Origin: an uncultured Chloroflexia bacterium
GTDB lineage: Bacteria > Chloroflexota > Limnocylindria > Limnocylindrales > CSP1-4
NCBI GenBank assembly: GCA_963766735.1
Contig: CAVYBU010000002.1
Location: 295,697 to 359,696 of the forward strand
Length of the DNA: 64,000 nucleotides
Direction of reading: 5' to 3'
The notes beneath the pieces were generated by a model. That model saw nothing but the letters and a program-made list of their open reading frames with translations. It did no database searches and was not told the DNA's origin. Of the stretch, positions 1 to 9,833 are shown one piece after another. Both the position numbers and the translations under genes were made by a program. Positions within the stretch are counted from its first letter, which is position 1; the number at the start of each line of letters is the position of its first letter.

Positions 1-122
1 CGGACGGCGGGGTGCCCCGCGAGCCGGCGGGTCCGCCAGGCGCACGACTCGCGCACCGGCCGCCGCGTCCAGAGCTGGGGGCGGATCGAAGCGAACCGGG
101 TCGTGACCGGGATGGCGACCTC

Positions 123-1088
123 GTGACGGGCTCCGAGGCGCTGCGCCGGTTCGTGCGCATGCTGGAGGCACGCGACGCTTCGCCGGACACGCGCCGGTCC
201 TACGAGGCCACGGTGGAGGCGTACCTCGCGTGGTTGACCGCCCACGACGCCGACTGGCGGACGCCCGGACGCCAGGTTCTGCGCGCCTACCTGGCGGAGC
301 TCTCCGAGGGCCACGCGAAGACATCCGTCGCGCAGCGGCTGGCTGCCCTGCGCGCCTTCCACCGGTATGCCTCGCGCGCCGGCCTGGCTCCGGGCGACCC
401 CTGGGGCGCCATCGCCACGCCCCGCCTGCCGAGACGCCTGCCCCGCGTCCTCGAGGTGGAGCAGGTGGAGCGGCTCCTCGCGGTGGTGGACGCCGACCTC
501 ACCGACGCGGCGAACGGAGGTTCCCCCACCGCACGGCGTGACCCTGAGCTCGCCCACGCCCTCGCCCTGCGGGACCGGGCGCTCGTCGAGACGGCGTACG
601 CGGCCGGGCTGCGGATCAGCGAGCTGTCTTCGGCAGACCTGGGCAGCCTGGACCTTCGGCGCGGGGAGCTGCGCGTGCTGGGCAAGGGCCGCAAGGAGCG
701 GATCGGCCTCCTGGGCCGACCCGCGCGTGAAGCGCTGCGCGGCTACCTGGACGAGGGCCGTCCCGTGCTGCTCGGCCGGCTGCCACCCCTGGAGGACGTC
801 CCGACCGCGGTGTTCCTCAACCACCACGGCGCCCAGCTTGGCGTCCGCGGCCTGCGCGGCCGCCTGGACAGGCTCCGGCGCCGGGCCGGCCTGCCCCAGG
901 GCGTGAGCCCCCACACGCTCCGCCACAGCTTTGCGACCCACCTCCTGGAGGGCGGCGCGGATCTGCGCGTCGTCCAGGAGCTGCTGGGGCACGAGAGCCT
1001 CGCCACGACGCAGGTCTACACGCACGTCTCGCCCGCCCGGCTCAAGGACGCCTACCGGTCGGCACACCCCCGGGCGCGGGCGACCTGA
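123..1088 (+). CDS. xerC: Tyrosine recombinase XerC-like
   Basis: GLRISEL, VLGKGRKER and SPHTLRHSFATHLLEGGADLRVVQELLGH..TTQVYTH supply the full R-K-H-R-H-Y set. Start uncertain (GTG 123 chosen; the frame is open from 12). Confidence 0.85.
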   Translation: MTGSEALRRFVRMLEARDASPDTRRSYEATVEAYLAWLTAHDADWRTPGRQVLRAYLAELSEGHAKTSVAQRLAALRAFHRYASRAGLAPGDPWGAIATPRLPRRLPRVLEVEQVERLLAVVDADLTDAANGGSPTARRDPELAHALALRDRALVETAYAAGLRISELSSADLGSLDLRRGELRVLGKGRKERIGLLGRPAREALRGYLDEGRPVLLGRLPPLEDVPTAVFLNHHGAQLGVRGLRGRLDRLRRRAGLPQGVSPHTLRHSFATHLLEGGADLRVVQELLGHESLATTQVYTHVSPARLKDAYRSAHPRARAT

Positions 1089-2755
1089 TGGACGATCCGG
1101 ATGTCCTGACCGGCGTCGTGGCCGACGAGGAGCCGGGCCTGCACCCAGCGGCGGCAGCAGCGGCCACGCGCGTGGGCCGGTCGTCGGCCCGGGCGCTGGC
1201 GCGTGCGGGGCTCATCGTCACGACGCTGTTCATGGCGTCCCGCGTCCTGGGCTACGTCCGGACCATCGTCTATGCCGCCGCGTTCCCCGACGTCGCCCAG
1301 CTCGCGCCGTTCTACGCCGCGTTCCGGATCCCGGACTTCCTGTTCCAGCTCGTTGCCGCCGGGGCGCTCTCGTCGGCACTGATCCCCGTGATCGCCGGGC
1401 TCTTCGCCAAGGAAGAGGATGCCCGCGCCTGGCGCGTGGTCTCGACGGTCACCACCCTGATGCTCTCGGTCCTGCTGGTGCTGGCGGCGGTGGTCCTGTT
1501 GTTTGCACCCGGGCTGGTCGAGATCATCGCGCCCGGGTTCAACGCCGCGCAGCTCGCCGAGACGACGGACCTGACCAGGATCATGGTCCTCTCGCCCCTG
1601 CTTCTGGCGGCCGGTGCTATCGCCTCGACCGTCCTGAACTCCCGTGAGCGGTTCGGGGCCGCCGCGCTCGCCCCCCTCGTGTACAACCTGGCGATGATCT
1701 TCGGCGCCCTCGCGCTGGTGCCGGCGTTCGGTGTGCAGGGCCTGGCGTACGGGGTGGTGCTCGGCGCGCTGGGCCACATCGCGGTCCAGGTCCCGTCGTT
1801 GATCCGGCTGGGAGCCAGGATCCGGCCGTTCGTCGACCTCCGCGACGACCAGGCGCGCACGGCGTTGCTGCTGATGGTGCCCCGAGCGATCGGGCTCGGT
1901 GCCACGCAGATCGTGTTCCTGGTCATGACCAGCTTCGCGACGACGCTGGGCGGCACGGCGCTCCCCGTGTTCAACTTCGCCTTCGCGATGCTGCAGATCC
2001 CGATCGGCATCATCGGGGTGCCGCTGGGCATCGTGCTCCTGCCGTCGCTGTCCCGGGAGGCGGCCCTGGGGGCCGGTGAGGGCTTCACCAGGCTGGTATC
2101 CCGCGGCCTCGCCCTGCTCGGCTACGTGATGGTCGCGATCGCCGCGCTGGGGATCGTGGTCTCGGAGGACATCGTCCGCCTGCTGTTCGGGGTGGCGCGC
2201 ATGCAGGAGAGCGTGCTCGTGGCGACCGCGGAGGCCCTCGCCATCTTCCTGCTCGGCCTGACGGCACATTCCCTGATCACGGTGCTGGCGCGCTCGTTCT
2301 ACGCACTCAAGGACACGAAGACGCCGGTCGCCGCCGCCCTGGTCGCCGTGGTCGCGAACATCGTCGTCGCGAACCTCCTCATCGGGCCCCTGGGTCTCAA
2401 CGGCCTGGCCGCCGCCATCGCGATCTCCGCGTGGCTCGAAACGCTTGTGCTGGTGGTCCTGCTCGTGCGGCGCGTTCCGGGACTCAGGCCCGGGATGGGG
2501 CACGTCTGGATGGTCATGGCGAAGACCGTCGCGGCATCGCTTGCGGGTGCGCTGGTGGCGTTCGGGATCGAGCTGGCGCTGGTCGGGGCCTGGGGCCAGG
2601 ACCCAGGCTTCATCCTGATCCTGGTCCGGACGACGGTGGCGGTTGCCGCCGGCGGGCTGGTCATCATTGCCGGGTCGCTCGCGTTGCGGATCGGAGAGCT
2701 CCGCACTATCGTCGATGTCGTGTTGGACCTCCTCCGCCGACGCGGCCGCGCGTGA
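1088..2755 (+). CDS. murJ: Lipid II flippase MurJ (MviN)
   Basis: ASRVLGYVR, AAFRIPDFLFQLVAAGALSSALIP, many TM segments, RSFYALKDTKTP. Confidence 0.93.
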   Translation: MDDPDVLTGVVADEEPGLHPAAAAAATRVGRSSARALARAGLIVTTLFMASRVLGYVRTIVYAAAFPDVAQLAPFYAAFRIPDFLFQLVAAGALSSALIPVIAGLFAKEEDARAWRVVSTVTTLMLSVLLVLAAVVLLFAPGLVEIIAPGFNAAQLAETTDLTRIMVLSPLLLAAGAIASTVLNSRERFGAAALAPLVYNLAMIFGALALVPAFGVQGLAYGVVLGALGHIAVQVPSLIRLGARIRPFVDLRDDQARTALLLMVPRAIGLGATQIVFLVMTSFATTLGGTALPVFNFAFAMLQIPIGIIGVPLGIVLLPSLSREAALGAGEGFTRLVSRGLALLGYVMVAIAALGIVVSEDIVRLLFGVARMQESVLVATAEALAIFLLGLTAHSLITVLARSFYALKDTKTPVAAALVAVVANIVVANLLIGPLGLNGLAAAIAISAWLETLVLVVLLVRRVPGLRPGMGHVWMVMAKTVAASLAGALVAFGIELALVGAWGQDPGFILILVRTTVAVAAGGLVIIAGSLALRIGELRTIVDVVLDLLRRRGRA

Positions 2756-3891
2756 CCGCCCGTCTCCCGGACGACGGGGCACCTGCGCCCGCGCTCGCCA
2801 TCCGTGACGCGGATCCCGCCTCCTGGGACGCCTATGTCGAGATGAACCCGCGCGGCTCGTACCTCCAGCTCACCGGCTGGGCGCGGGTCAAGGAGGTCAA
2901 CGGATGGTCCTCGCGCCGCCTCCACGACCCCGATGCCGCCAGCGTGCCTGCCGTAGGTGCCCAGGTCCTGCTCCGCCGTCCCGGTCCGTTGCCGTGGGCC
3001 TTCGCCTACGCCCCGCGCGGGCCCGTGCTGGACCGCTGGGACCCGGAGTCGATCGCGCGGTTCACGGGCCTTGCCCAGGCCGGCCTCCGGACGGGCGGCC
3101 GGGTGAGCCACCTGCGGATTGACCCGGAGATCGAGCGGGATGCCGGCCCCGACGAGGGCGGCGCCGTGGTGGCCGGGCTGCTCCGCGCCGGGTGGCGCTC
3201 CGCGCCGCCCATCCAGCCCTCCTCAACGCGCGTCATCGACCTGACGGCCGACGAGGACGCGCTGTGGGGTGACCTGCGCAAGAAGTGGCGCCAGTACGTC
3301 AACAAGGCCCGGGCGGGCGGTGTCCGCATCGTCGACGCGGGGCCGGAGCGCCTGGATGAGTTCTACCGGATCTACCGCGAGACCGCGGACCGGGCGGGGT
3401 TCCTGATCCGCGCCCAGTCCGCGTACCGCGACGCGTGGGATGCCTTCGGACCGGACGGGCGTGCCCGCCTCCTCTTCGCCGAGCTGCCCGATGGGACACC
3501 GGCGGCGACCCTGTTCCTGGTGCGGTCCGGAAGCCGCGTCGTGGAACCCTACGGCGGCATGACCCAGGCGGGTGCGGAGAGCCGGGCCAACTACCTCCTC
3601 AAGTGGGAGGCGATCCGCTCATCGCGGGAGGCCGGCGCGAGCAGCTACGACCTGTGGGGCCTGGCCCATCCGGGCATCGCGCATTTCAAGACCGGTTTCG
3701 GCGGGCGGGAGATCCAGTACGTCGGAGCCTGGGACCTGGTGCTCGATGCCCTTGGACGGCGGACCTACGGGATCGCCCAGCGCTCACGGGTCCGCGTGGA
3801 GCGTCTCCGGCACGGCCTTCGCGGCGGCGAGACCTCGGCAGCCGGGTACACGGGTGGGGGAGGCGGGGGCGACGCCGGGGGCGACGCGTGA
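2752..3891 (+). CDS. FemABX-family peptidoglycan bridge aminoacyltransferase
   Basis: SYLQLTGWARVK, YAPRGPV, LRIDP, KKWRQYVNKA, YDLWG, FKTGFGG. GTG overlaps the murJ stop. Confidence 0.85.
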   Translation: MTARLPDDGAPAPALAIRDADPASWDAYVEMNPRGSYLQLTGWARVKEVNGWSSRRLHDPDAASVPAVGAQVLLRRPGPLPWAFAYAPRGPVLDRWDPESIARFTGLAQAGLRTGGRVSHLRIDPEIERDAGPDEGGAVVAGLLRAGWRSAPPIQPSSTRVIDLTADEDALWGDLRKKWRQYVNKARAGGVRIVDAGPERLDEFYRIYRETADRAGFLIRAQSAYRDAWDAFGPDGRARLLFAELPDGTPAATLFLVRSGSRVVEPYGGMTQAGAESRANYLLKWEAIRSSREAGASSYDLWGLAHPGIAHFKTGFGGREIQYVGAWDLVLDALGRRTYGIAQRSRVRVERLRHGLRGGETSAAGYTGGGGGGDAGGDA

Positions 3892-5021
3892 CGCCGGCGG
3901 TACGGGAGCTGGTCGGGCCGGAGCTGGACGCCTGGGATGCGGCGGCGGTCGATGCTCCCGGCGGGCACGTCTTCCAGTCGAGGGCGTGGGCGGCACACCG
4001 CGCGTCCGGTGGCTGGCAGCCGCGGTTCCTCGCGGCCGGCGACGCGCGTGCGCTGGCACTGGTGCGCCCGTGGCCCCTGGTCGGCGGCGGATCGGCATAC
4101 CTGCCCCGGGGGCCGGTCGGCCAGACGACGCCCTGGACCGGCGACGGATCCGGTATCGCCATCGGGGAGATGCTGACGGGGGCATCGCGGCACCTCGCGA
4201 CTCAGGGGGTCGATGTGGTTGCCGCGGACGCGGAGGTGGCGGCGGCCGACACGGCCTACCTCGCGGCGCTCGACGCTGCGGGCTTCCACGGCATTCCCGA
4301 GATCCAGCCCTCGCAGCATCGGATGGCGCTCGAACTGCCCGGAGACGGCGACGTCGCGGGCGTCCTTGCCGGGGTCGCGAAGGCCACGCGCCAGCGGATC
4401 CGCCGCGCCGAGCGCGACGGGGTCGTCGTGCTGCGCCACGACGCGCGCGCGGGGAAGCTCGACGGGTTCACGACGAGCCGCGAGCCCGCCGATGTCGCCC
4501 TGCGGCGCTTCTACGACCTGCTTCACGCGACCGGCGAGCGGCTGGGCTTCTCGCTGGGTGGCGCGGTCGGGTACCTCGCGTGGTGGCTGCGCGCGCTCGA
4601 GGCCGGCCACCTCGTGTACCTGGAGGCGCGCGACGGCGGGGAGGAGGGCCCGGTGCTGGGCGGGCTCGTTCTCTACCGTCACGGTCGCCGTCTGTCCACG
4701 GCGCACTCGGGCGACATCGCCGACAGCCGACGCGACCACCCGGGCACGATGCACCTGCTCCGGTGGCGGGCGATCCAGCTGGCTCTCGCCGAGGCGCGCC
4801 TGGAGATGGACCTGGGGGGCGTGGACGTCCCGGGCGCTCGCCGGCCGCCGGTAGCGGGCGAGCCCATGTTCGGTCTGTACGAGCACAAGCGCTCGTTCGG
4901 GGCTGCGTGGGTCGAGCTGGCGGGCGCTCAGGAACGTGTAGCGAGCCCGGTTCGCTATGCGGCCGGGCGGGCGACCACGAGGCTGACCCGGGTGTTGGGC
5001 CGGGGAGGGGGCAGCACATGA
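3888..5021 (+). CDS. Second, divergent FemABX-family protein
   Basis: HVFQSRAW, YLPRGPV, KATRQRIRRAER, LLRWRAI, DLGGV, GLYEHKRSFG. GTGA overlap with the previous gene. Confidence 0.8.
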   Translation: MTPAVRELVGPELDAWDAAAVDAPGGHVFQSRAWAAHRASGGWQPRFLAAGDARALALVRPWPLVGGGSAYLPRGPVGQTTPWTGDGSGIAIGEMLTGASRHLATQGVDVVAADAEVAAADTAYLAALDAAGFHGIPEIQPSQHRMALELPGDGDVAGVLAGVAKATRQRIRRAERDGVVVLRHDARAGKLDGFTTSREPADVALRRFYDLLHATGERLGFSLGGAVGYLAWWLRALEAGHLVYLEARDGGEEGPVLGGLVLYRHGRRLSTAHSGDIADSRRDHPGTMHLLRWRAIQLALAEARLEMDLGGVDVPGARRPPVAGEPMFGLYEHKRSFGAAWVELAGAQERVASPVRYAAGRATTRLTRVLGRGGGST

Positions 5022-6658
5022 GCCCGCAGCCGACGCCGCTGGAACGCCTGGTCGAGTCGTCGGTCGGGCGGGAGCCGAAGGCCCTCGGTCCGCTGCTGGA
5101 TCGTCTCGACGCCGCGGGCCTGGTCCGTGAAGTCCGACCGGGGGGCGCAGCCGCGACAATCGACGAAGTCGCCCGCACCGACATCGTCGGGCTGACGGAG
5201 GACTCGCGTCAGGTGCGGGCCTCGACGCTGTTCATCGCCGTGCCGGGCTTCCACGTGGACGGCCACGACTTCGTTGCGCGGGCGGCCGAGGCGGGGGCGG
5301 CGGCCGCGGTGGTCGAACGGCCGGTTCCTGGGGCGAACCTGCCCCAGGTGATCGTCGGGGTCGCGAGGTCGGCACTCGCCCAGGCTGCAGGCTGGTGGGC
5401 CGGAGACCCATCGCGAGGCATGGGCGTGATCGGGATCACGGGCACCGACGGCAAGACCACGACGTCGTTCCTCGTCGTGGCGGCCCTGGAGGCTGCGGGC
5501 ATCTCCACCGGGCTGATCGGCACCGTGGAGACGAAGGTTGGGGACCTGCGTGAGCGCCACGAGGCCCACGTGACCACGCCCGCCGCGCCGGAGCTGAACG
5601 CGACGCTGGTTGCCATGCGCGCCGCCGGCAACGCGGCTGCCGTGGTCGAGACGACGTCTCACGCGCTGGAGCTGGAGCGCGTGGCCGGGATCGCCTACGA
5701 CGCGGCCGTGTTCACGAACCTCAGCCATGAGCATCTCGAGCTTCACGGAACCTTCGAGCGCTACCGCGACGCCAAGCTGCGGCTGTTCACGGCGCTGGCG
5801 GCGGGCCCGGCAAACCCGCTCAAGTCCGTCGGCGGGCGCCCATGGCCCAAGGTAGCGGTGCTCAACAGGGACGACCCCGCCGCGCCTGCCTTCGAGGCGG
5901 CGGCCCGTGCCGCGGGAGCTGCTGTCATGGGCTACGGAACAGGTCACGCGGCTGACGTGCTGGCCACCGCGGTCGACGAGGACGCGCACCGCCTGCGGAT
6001 CCGATACGACGCGCCGTCGGGCCCGGGGGACCTGGCCCTGCGGCTGGCCGGCCGCTTCAACGTCCACAACGCGCTGGCCGTGGTGGCGCTCGGGGAGGCG
6101 CTGGGCCTGGACCCCGTCGCCGTGCGCGGGGGCCTGGAGGGCGTCGCCGGCGTGCCGGGCCGCATGGAGCGGATCGATGCAGGGCAGCCCTTCGGGATCG
6201 TCGTGGATTACGCCCACTCGCCCGCGTCGTTGCAGGTGGTGCTGGACCTGCTGGGGCCGGTGGCCGCCGCGCACGGCGGTGGCCTGATCGCGGTCTTCGG
6301 GTCGGGCGGGGAGCGCGATACGGCCAAGCGTGCGGTCATGGGCCGGATTGCCGGCGAGCGGTGCCGCGTCGTGATTGCAACGGACGAGGACCCCCGCGGC
6401 GAGGACGGTCACGTCATCCTCGAGGAGATCGTCCGGGGTGCCGAGGCCGCGGGTCGCCGCCGGGGCGAGGACGTCCTGGCCATCGCCGATCGCCGTGAGG
6501 CGATCGCGGTCGCCTTCGGGCGGGCCCGGCCGGGGGACCTGGTGCTCCTGGCAGGCAAGGGCCACGAGCCGGCCATCCTGTACGCGGACCACGCGCTGCC
6601 GTGGGATGAGGCCGCCGTCGCCCGCGAGATGCTGGCGGCGATGGGCTTCCCCGGCTGA
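5018..6658 (+). CDS. murE: UDP-MurNAc-tripeptide synthetase MurE
   Basis: DSRQV, GITGTDGKTTT P-loop, VETTSHAL, FTNLSHEHL, VPGRME, VVDYAH, LAGKGHE. Confidence 0.93.
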   Translation: MSPQPTPLERLVESSVGREPKALGPLLDRLDAAGLVREVRPGGAAATIDEVARTDIVGLTEDSRQVRASTLFIAVPGFHVDGHDFVARAAEAGAAAAVVERPVPGANLPQVIVGVARSALAQAAGWWAGDPSRGMGVIGITGTDGKTTTSFLVVAALEAAGISTGLIGTVETKVGDLRERHEAHVTTPAAPELNATLVAMRAAGNAAAVVETTSHALELERVAGIAYDAAVFTNLSHEHLELHGTFERYRDAKLRLFTALAAGPANPLKSVGGRPWPKVAVLNRDDPAAPAFEAAARAAGAAVMGYGTGHAADVLATAVDEDAHRLRIRYDAPSGPGDLALRLAGRFNVHNALAVVALGEALGLDPVAVRGGLEGVAGVPGRMERIDAGQPFGIVVDYAHSPASLQVVLDLLGPVAAAHGGGLIAVFGSGGERDTAKRAVMGRIAGERCRVVIATDEDPRGEDGHVILEEIVRGAEAAGRRRGEDVLAIADRREAIAVAFGRARPGDLVLLAGKGHEPAILYADHALPWDEAAVAREMLAAMGFPG

Positions 6659-6660
6659 CC

Positions 6661-7389
6661 GTGCGGGGCTGCCTGTTCACGCTGCTGCTCGCAGCGATCG
6701 TCCTGGGCTGTGCGGTGGTCATCGGGCTGCCGGCCGCCGCGTCCGCGGTCCTGACCGGCGCCATCACGGCCGCCGGGCTCCAGGCCGACGACACCACGGT
6801 GATCGTCACCAGCGACCAGCCCACGGACCTCATCGGGTTGCACGCGGACCGGGTCCGGATCCGCGCCACTGACGCCACCTTCCATGACCTCGAGATCGGG
6901 AAGCTGGACATCGCGCTGGGTGACGTGGCGATCATCGACCGGACCGTCGGAACCGTGGAGGGGACCCTGGCTGGCGTGACGGTGCCGGATGTCGGCGGGC
7001 GCCCGCTCGAGCTGGCGAAGGTGAGCCTGGGCGGCGGGGGCGAGACGGTGACCGTGTCTACGACGGTCGAGGGCGCCGCGGCCGAGACGCTCCTGGCAGA
7101 CGCGATCGAGGCCGACTCCGGCGTCCGCCCGAGCGCCGTCACCCTCTCCGCGCCGGACCGGATCGCCGCGCGGATGGGCATGGTGGTGCATGCTCGGCTG
7201 CGCGTCAACGCCGCGGGGGACCTCGTGGCGAAGGTGCTCGACGGACCCGAGGCCGGACGCACCCTGACGCTTCTCCGTGGTGGCGACGACCTCCCGATCC
7301 ACCTGACGGGCGTCCGCGTGACCACAGCCGGCGACCTCCGCCTCACCGGCGACCTCGAGATCGGCCTGCTGGGCTTCGTGGGCGGCTGA
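6661..7389 (+). CDS. Membrane-anchored hypothetical protein, possibly LmeA/DUF2993-like
   Basis: N-terminal hydrophobic segment followed by a beta-rich body. The family guess is from pattern only. Confidence 0.55.
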   Translation: MRGCLFTLLLAAIVLGCAVVIGLPAAASAVLTGAITAAGLQADDTTVIVTSDQPTDLIGLHADRVRIRATDATFHDLEIGKLDIALGDVAIIDRTVGTVEGTLAGVTVPDVGGRPLELAKVSLGGGGETVTVSTTVEGAAAETLLADAIEADSGVRPSAVTLSAPDRIAARMGMVVHARLRVNAAGDLVAKVLDGPEAGRTLTLLRGGDDLPIHLTGVRVTTAGDLRLTGDLEIGLLGFVGG

Positions 7390-7444
7390 CACCGGAGGCG
7401 CATCGGCCGGGACCGCGTCCGGGAGCGCCGCCCGCCCCACCGGG

Positions 7445-7450
7445 TAGACT
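7445..7450 (+). promoter_or_regulatory. -10 box TAGACT of a probably leaderless relA mRNA
   Basis: TAGACT lies 6 nt before ATG 7457 with no Shine-Dalgarno; the same geometry occurs at many genes in the window. Confidence 0.6.
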
Positions 7451-7456
7451 CCCGCC

Positions 7457-9763
7457 ATGCCCGATCAGGTCGTCCGCGATCCCGACGTCCCGCCCGCTGC
7501 GGCCCGCGCCGCGTCCCGGGGCGGGCGCCGTGGCGCCCGTCGCGAGATGGATGCGGTTGAGATCGCGGACGTCGTGCCGATCCCGGCCGTCGGCCCCGTC
7601 CCCGCCGCGATGGCCCTGGACCTCCCGGCGCTCCGCGGCGCGCTGCTCGCGTCCGTCGCGCAACACCTCCCCCAGGCCGACCTGTCCATGATCGATCGCG
7701 CCTTCGATCTCGCCGTGGACGCGCACAGCAGCCAGATCCGGGCATCCGGAGAGCCGTACGTCGCACACCCGATCGCTTCCGCGCAGATCCTCGCGGATCT
7801 CGGCATCGATCCGGTTGCCGTCTCCGCCGCCCTCCTCCACGACGTCGCCGAGGACACCGAGTACGACCTCGCCGACGTGGAGGAGCGGTTCGGGCCCGAG
7901 ATCGCCCACCTGGTCGACGGGGTGACCAAGCTTTCCAAGTTCAGCACCCACAGCCACGAGCAGCAGCAGGCCGAGAACATCCGGAAGATGTTCCTGGCCA
8001 TGGCGGACGACATCCGGGTCGTCCTCATCAAGCTTGCGGACCGGCTCCACAACATGCGCACCCTGGGTGCCCTCCCGACGGAGAAGCAGCAGCGCATCGC
8101 CCGCCAGACGATGGAGATCTACGCCCCGCTCGCGGAGCGCCTCGGGATCTGGCAGATCAAGTGGGAGCTGGAGGACCTCTCGTTCAAGGTGCTCGAGCCC
8201 GAGTCCTATCGGGACCTGGCCAAGCTCCTGGACACCCGCCGGACCGGTCGCGAGACGTTCATCGAACGGGCCATCGCGGAGCTCCGCCCGCGACTTGCGG
8301 ATGCGGGCATCGATGCCGAGCTCCAGGGCCGTCCGAAGCACATCTACAGCATCTGGAAGAAGATGCAGCGCAAGGGCGCGGAGTTCGGCGAGATCTACGA
8401 CGTCTACGCCGTCCGCCTCCTGGTCGAGGACATCCGGGAATGCTATGCGGCGCTGGGCACCGTGCACGCGCTGTGGCGCCCGATCCCGGGCCAGTTCGAC
8501 GACTACATCGCGGTCCCCAAGAACAACCTCTACCAGTCGCTGCACACCGCCGTCATCGCCTTCGATGGCAAGCCCCTGGAGATCCAGATCCGCACCCACG
8601 CGATGCACCAGGTGTCCGAGGTGGGCATCGCGGCCCACTGGCGGTACAAGGAGGGATCCAAGGCCGAGCGCGACTACGACGCGAAGCTCGCCTGGCTCCG
8701 CCAGCTCATGGAGTGGCAGCGCGACGTCAGCGAGTCCGACGCGACCGAGTTCCTCGAGGGGATCAAGCTCGATATCTTCCAGGATCAGGTCTTCGTGTTC
8801 ACGCCGCGTGGCGACGTCAAGGATCTCCCTGCAGGTGCCACGCCGCTCGACTTCGCCTACCGGATCCACACCGACGTCGGGCATCGGACGATCGGCGCCA
8901 AGGTCAACAACCGCCTGGTCCCGCTGGACTACCGGCTCAAGAACGGCGACATCGTCGAGATCGTGACGACCAAGGGTGAGCACGGTCCGTCGCGGGACTG
9001 GATGAACATCGTCCGGACCTCGCACGCCCGCGAGAAGATTCGCCAGTGGTTCAAGAAGAAGGACCGCGCGGAGAACATCGTCCACGGGCGGGAGTCCCTG
9101 GAGCGCGAGCTGCGACGCCTCGCCCGGACGAACCTCCAGGCCATCGGCCACGACAAGCTGGTCGAGGTGACGAACCTGTACAAGCACGAGACGGTGGACG
9201 ACTTCCTGGCCGCCATCGGGTATGGCGCCATCTCGGCCCAGCAGGTGGTCATGCGCCTGGGCGTCCTCGACGACGGCGAGATCACGCTGCCCACGGTCGC
9301 CCCGCCGCAGCCACCACGGACGGGCGGCGTCCGGGTCAAGGGGGTCGGGGACCTGCTTGTCCGGTTCGCCAAGTGCTGCCATCCGATCCCGGGTGATCCC
9401 ATCGCGGGGTTCATCACCCGGGGCAAGGGGATCACGGTCCACCTGCGCTCCTGCCCCACGGTGATCAATGAGCGCGAGGTCACCCGCCTGATCGAGGTTG
9501 AGTGGGAGGCGGCACCCTCGCAGACCTACCCGATCGCGATCCGGGTGGAGGCGTACGACCGTACCGGCCTCCTGTCCGAGATCACCCAGGTGATGGCGGA
9601 GAACAAGGTCAACATCCTGGCAGCCAACGTCGGCGTGAACCCGGATCACACGGCGGTGGTGACGATGACGCTGCAGGTGGCATCGGTCGCCCAGCTGGCC
9701 AAGGTCATGAGCCGCGCGGAGCAGCTCAAGGACGTCCTCAGCGTCCAGCGCGACCTGAGCTAG
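7457..9763 (+). CDS. relA: Bifunctional (p)ppGpp synthetase/hydrolase Rel
   Basis: RASGEPYVAHP, LLHDVAEDT (intact HD), KLADRLHNMRTL, GRPKHIYSI, YQSLHT, TGS domain, AKCCHPIPGD, C-terminal ACT. Confidence 0.95.
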   Translation: MPDQVVRDPDVPPAAARAASRGGRRGARREMDAVEIADVVPIPAVGPVPAAMALDLPALRGALLASVAQHLPQADLSMIDRAFDLAVDAHSSQIRASGEPYVAHPIASAQILADLGIDPVAVSAALLHDVAEDTEYDLADVEERFGPEIAHLVDGVTKLSKFSTHSHEQQQAENIRKMFLAMADDIRVVLIKLADRLHNMRTLGALPTEKQQRIARQTMEIYAPLAERLGIWQIKWELEDLSFKVLEPESYRDLAKLLDTRRTGRETFIERAIAELRPRLADAGIDAELQGRPKHIYSIWKKMQRKGAEFGEIYDVYAVRLLVEDIRECYAALGTVHALWRPIPGQFDDYIAVPKNNLYQSLHTAVIAFDGKPLEIQIRTHAMHQVSEVGIAAHWRYKEGSKAERDYDAKLAWLRQLMEWQRDVSESDATEFLEGIKLDIFQDQVFVFTPRGDVKDLPAGATPLDFAYRIHTDVGHRTIGAKVNNRLVPLDYRLKNGDIVEIVTTKGEHGPSRDWMNIVRTSHAREKIRQWFKKKDRAENIVHGRESLERELRRLARTNLQAIGHDKLVEVTNLYKHETVDDFLAAIGYGAISAQQVVMRLGVLDDGEITLPTVAPPQPPRTGGVRVKGVGDLLVRFAKCCHPIPGDPIAGFITRGKGITVHLRSCPTVINEREVTRLIEVEWEAAPSQTYPIAIRVEAYDRTGLLSEITQVMAENKVNILAANVGVNPDHTAVVTMTLQVASVAQLAKVMSRAEQLKDVLSVQRDLS

Positions 9764-9833
9764 GTCCGGAGTCGGGCGGCGATCGTCGGGCCGGTGCCGG
9801 GACCGGCGCCGAGGACCGCGGGCGGGGTCGAGC

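Noticed and set aside
905-1000. DNA similarity with about 45045-45135 as a mobile repeat
   Set aside because: It is the conserved HTLRHSFATHLLEGGADLRVVQELLGH motif of the XerC and XerD paralogues.
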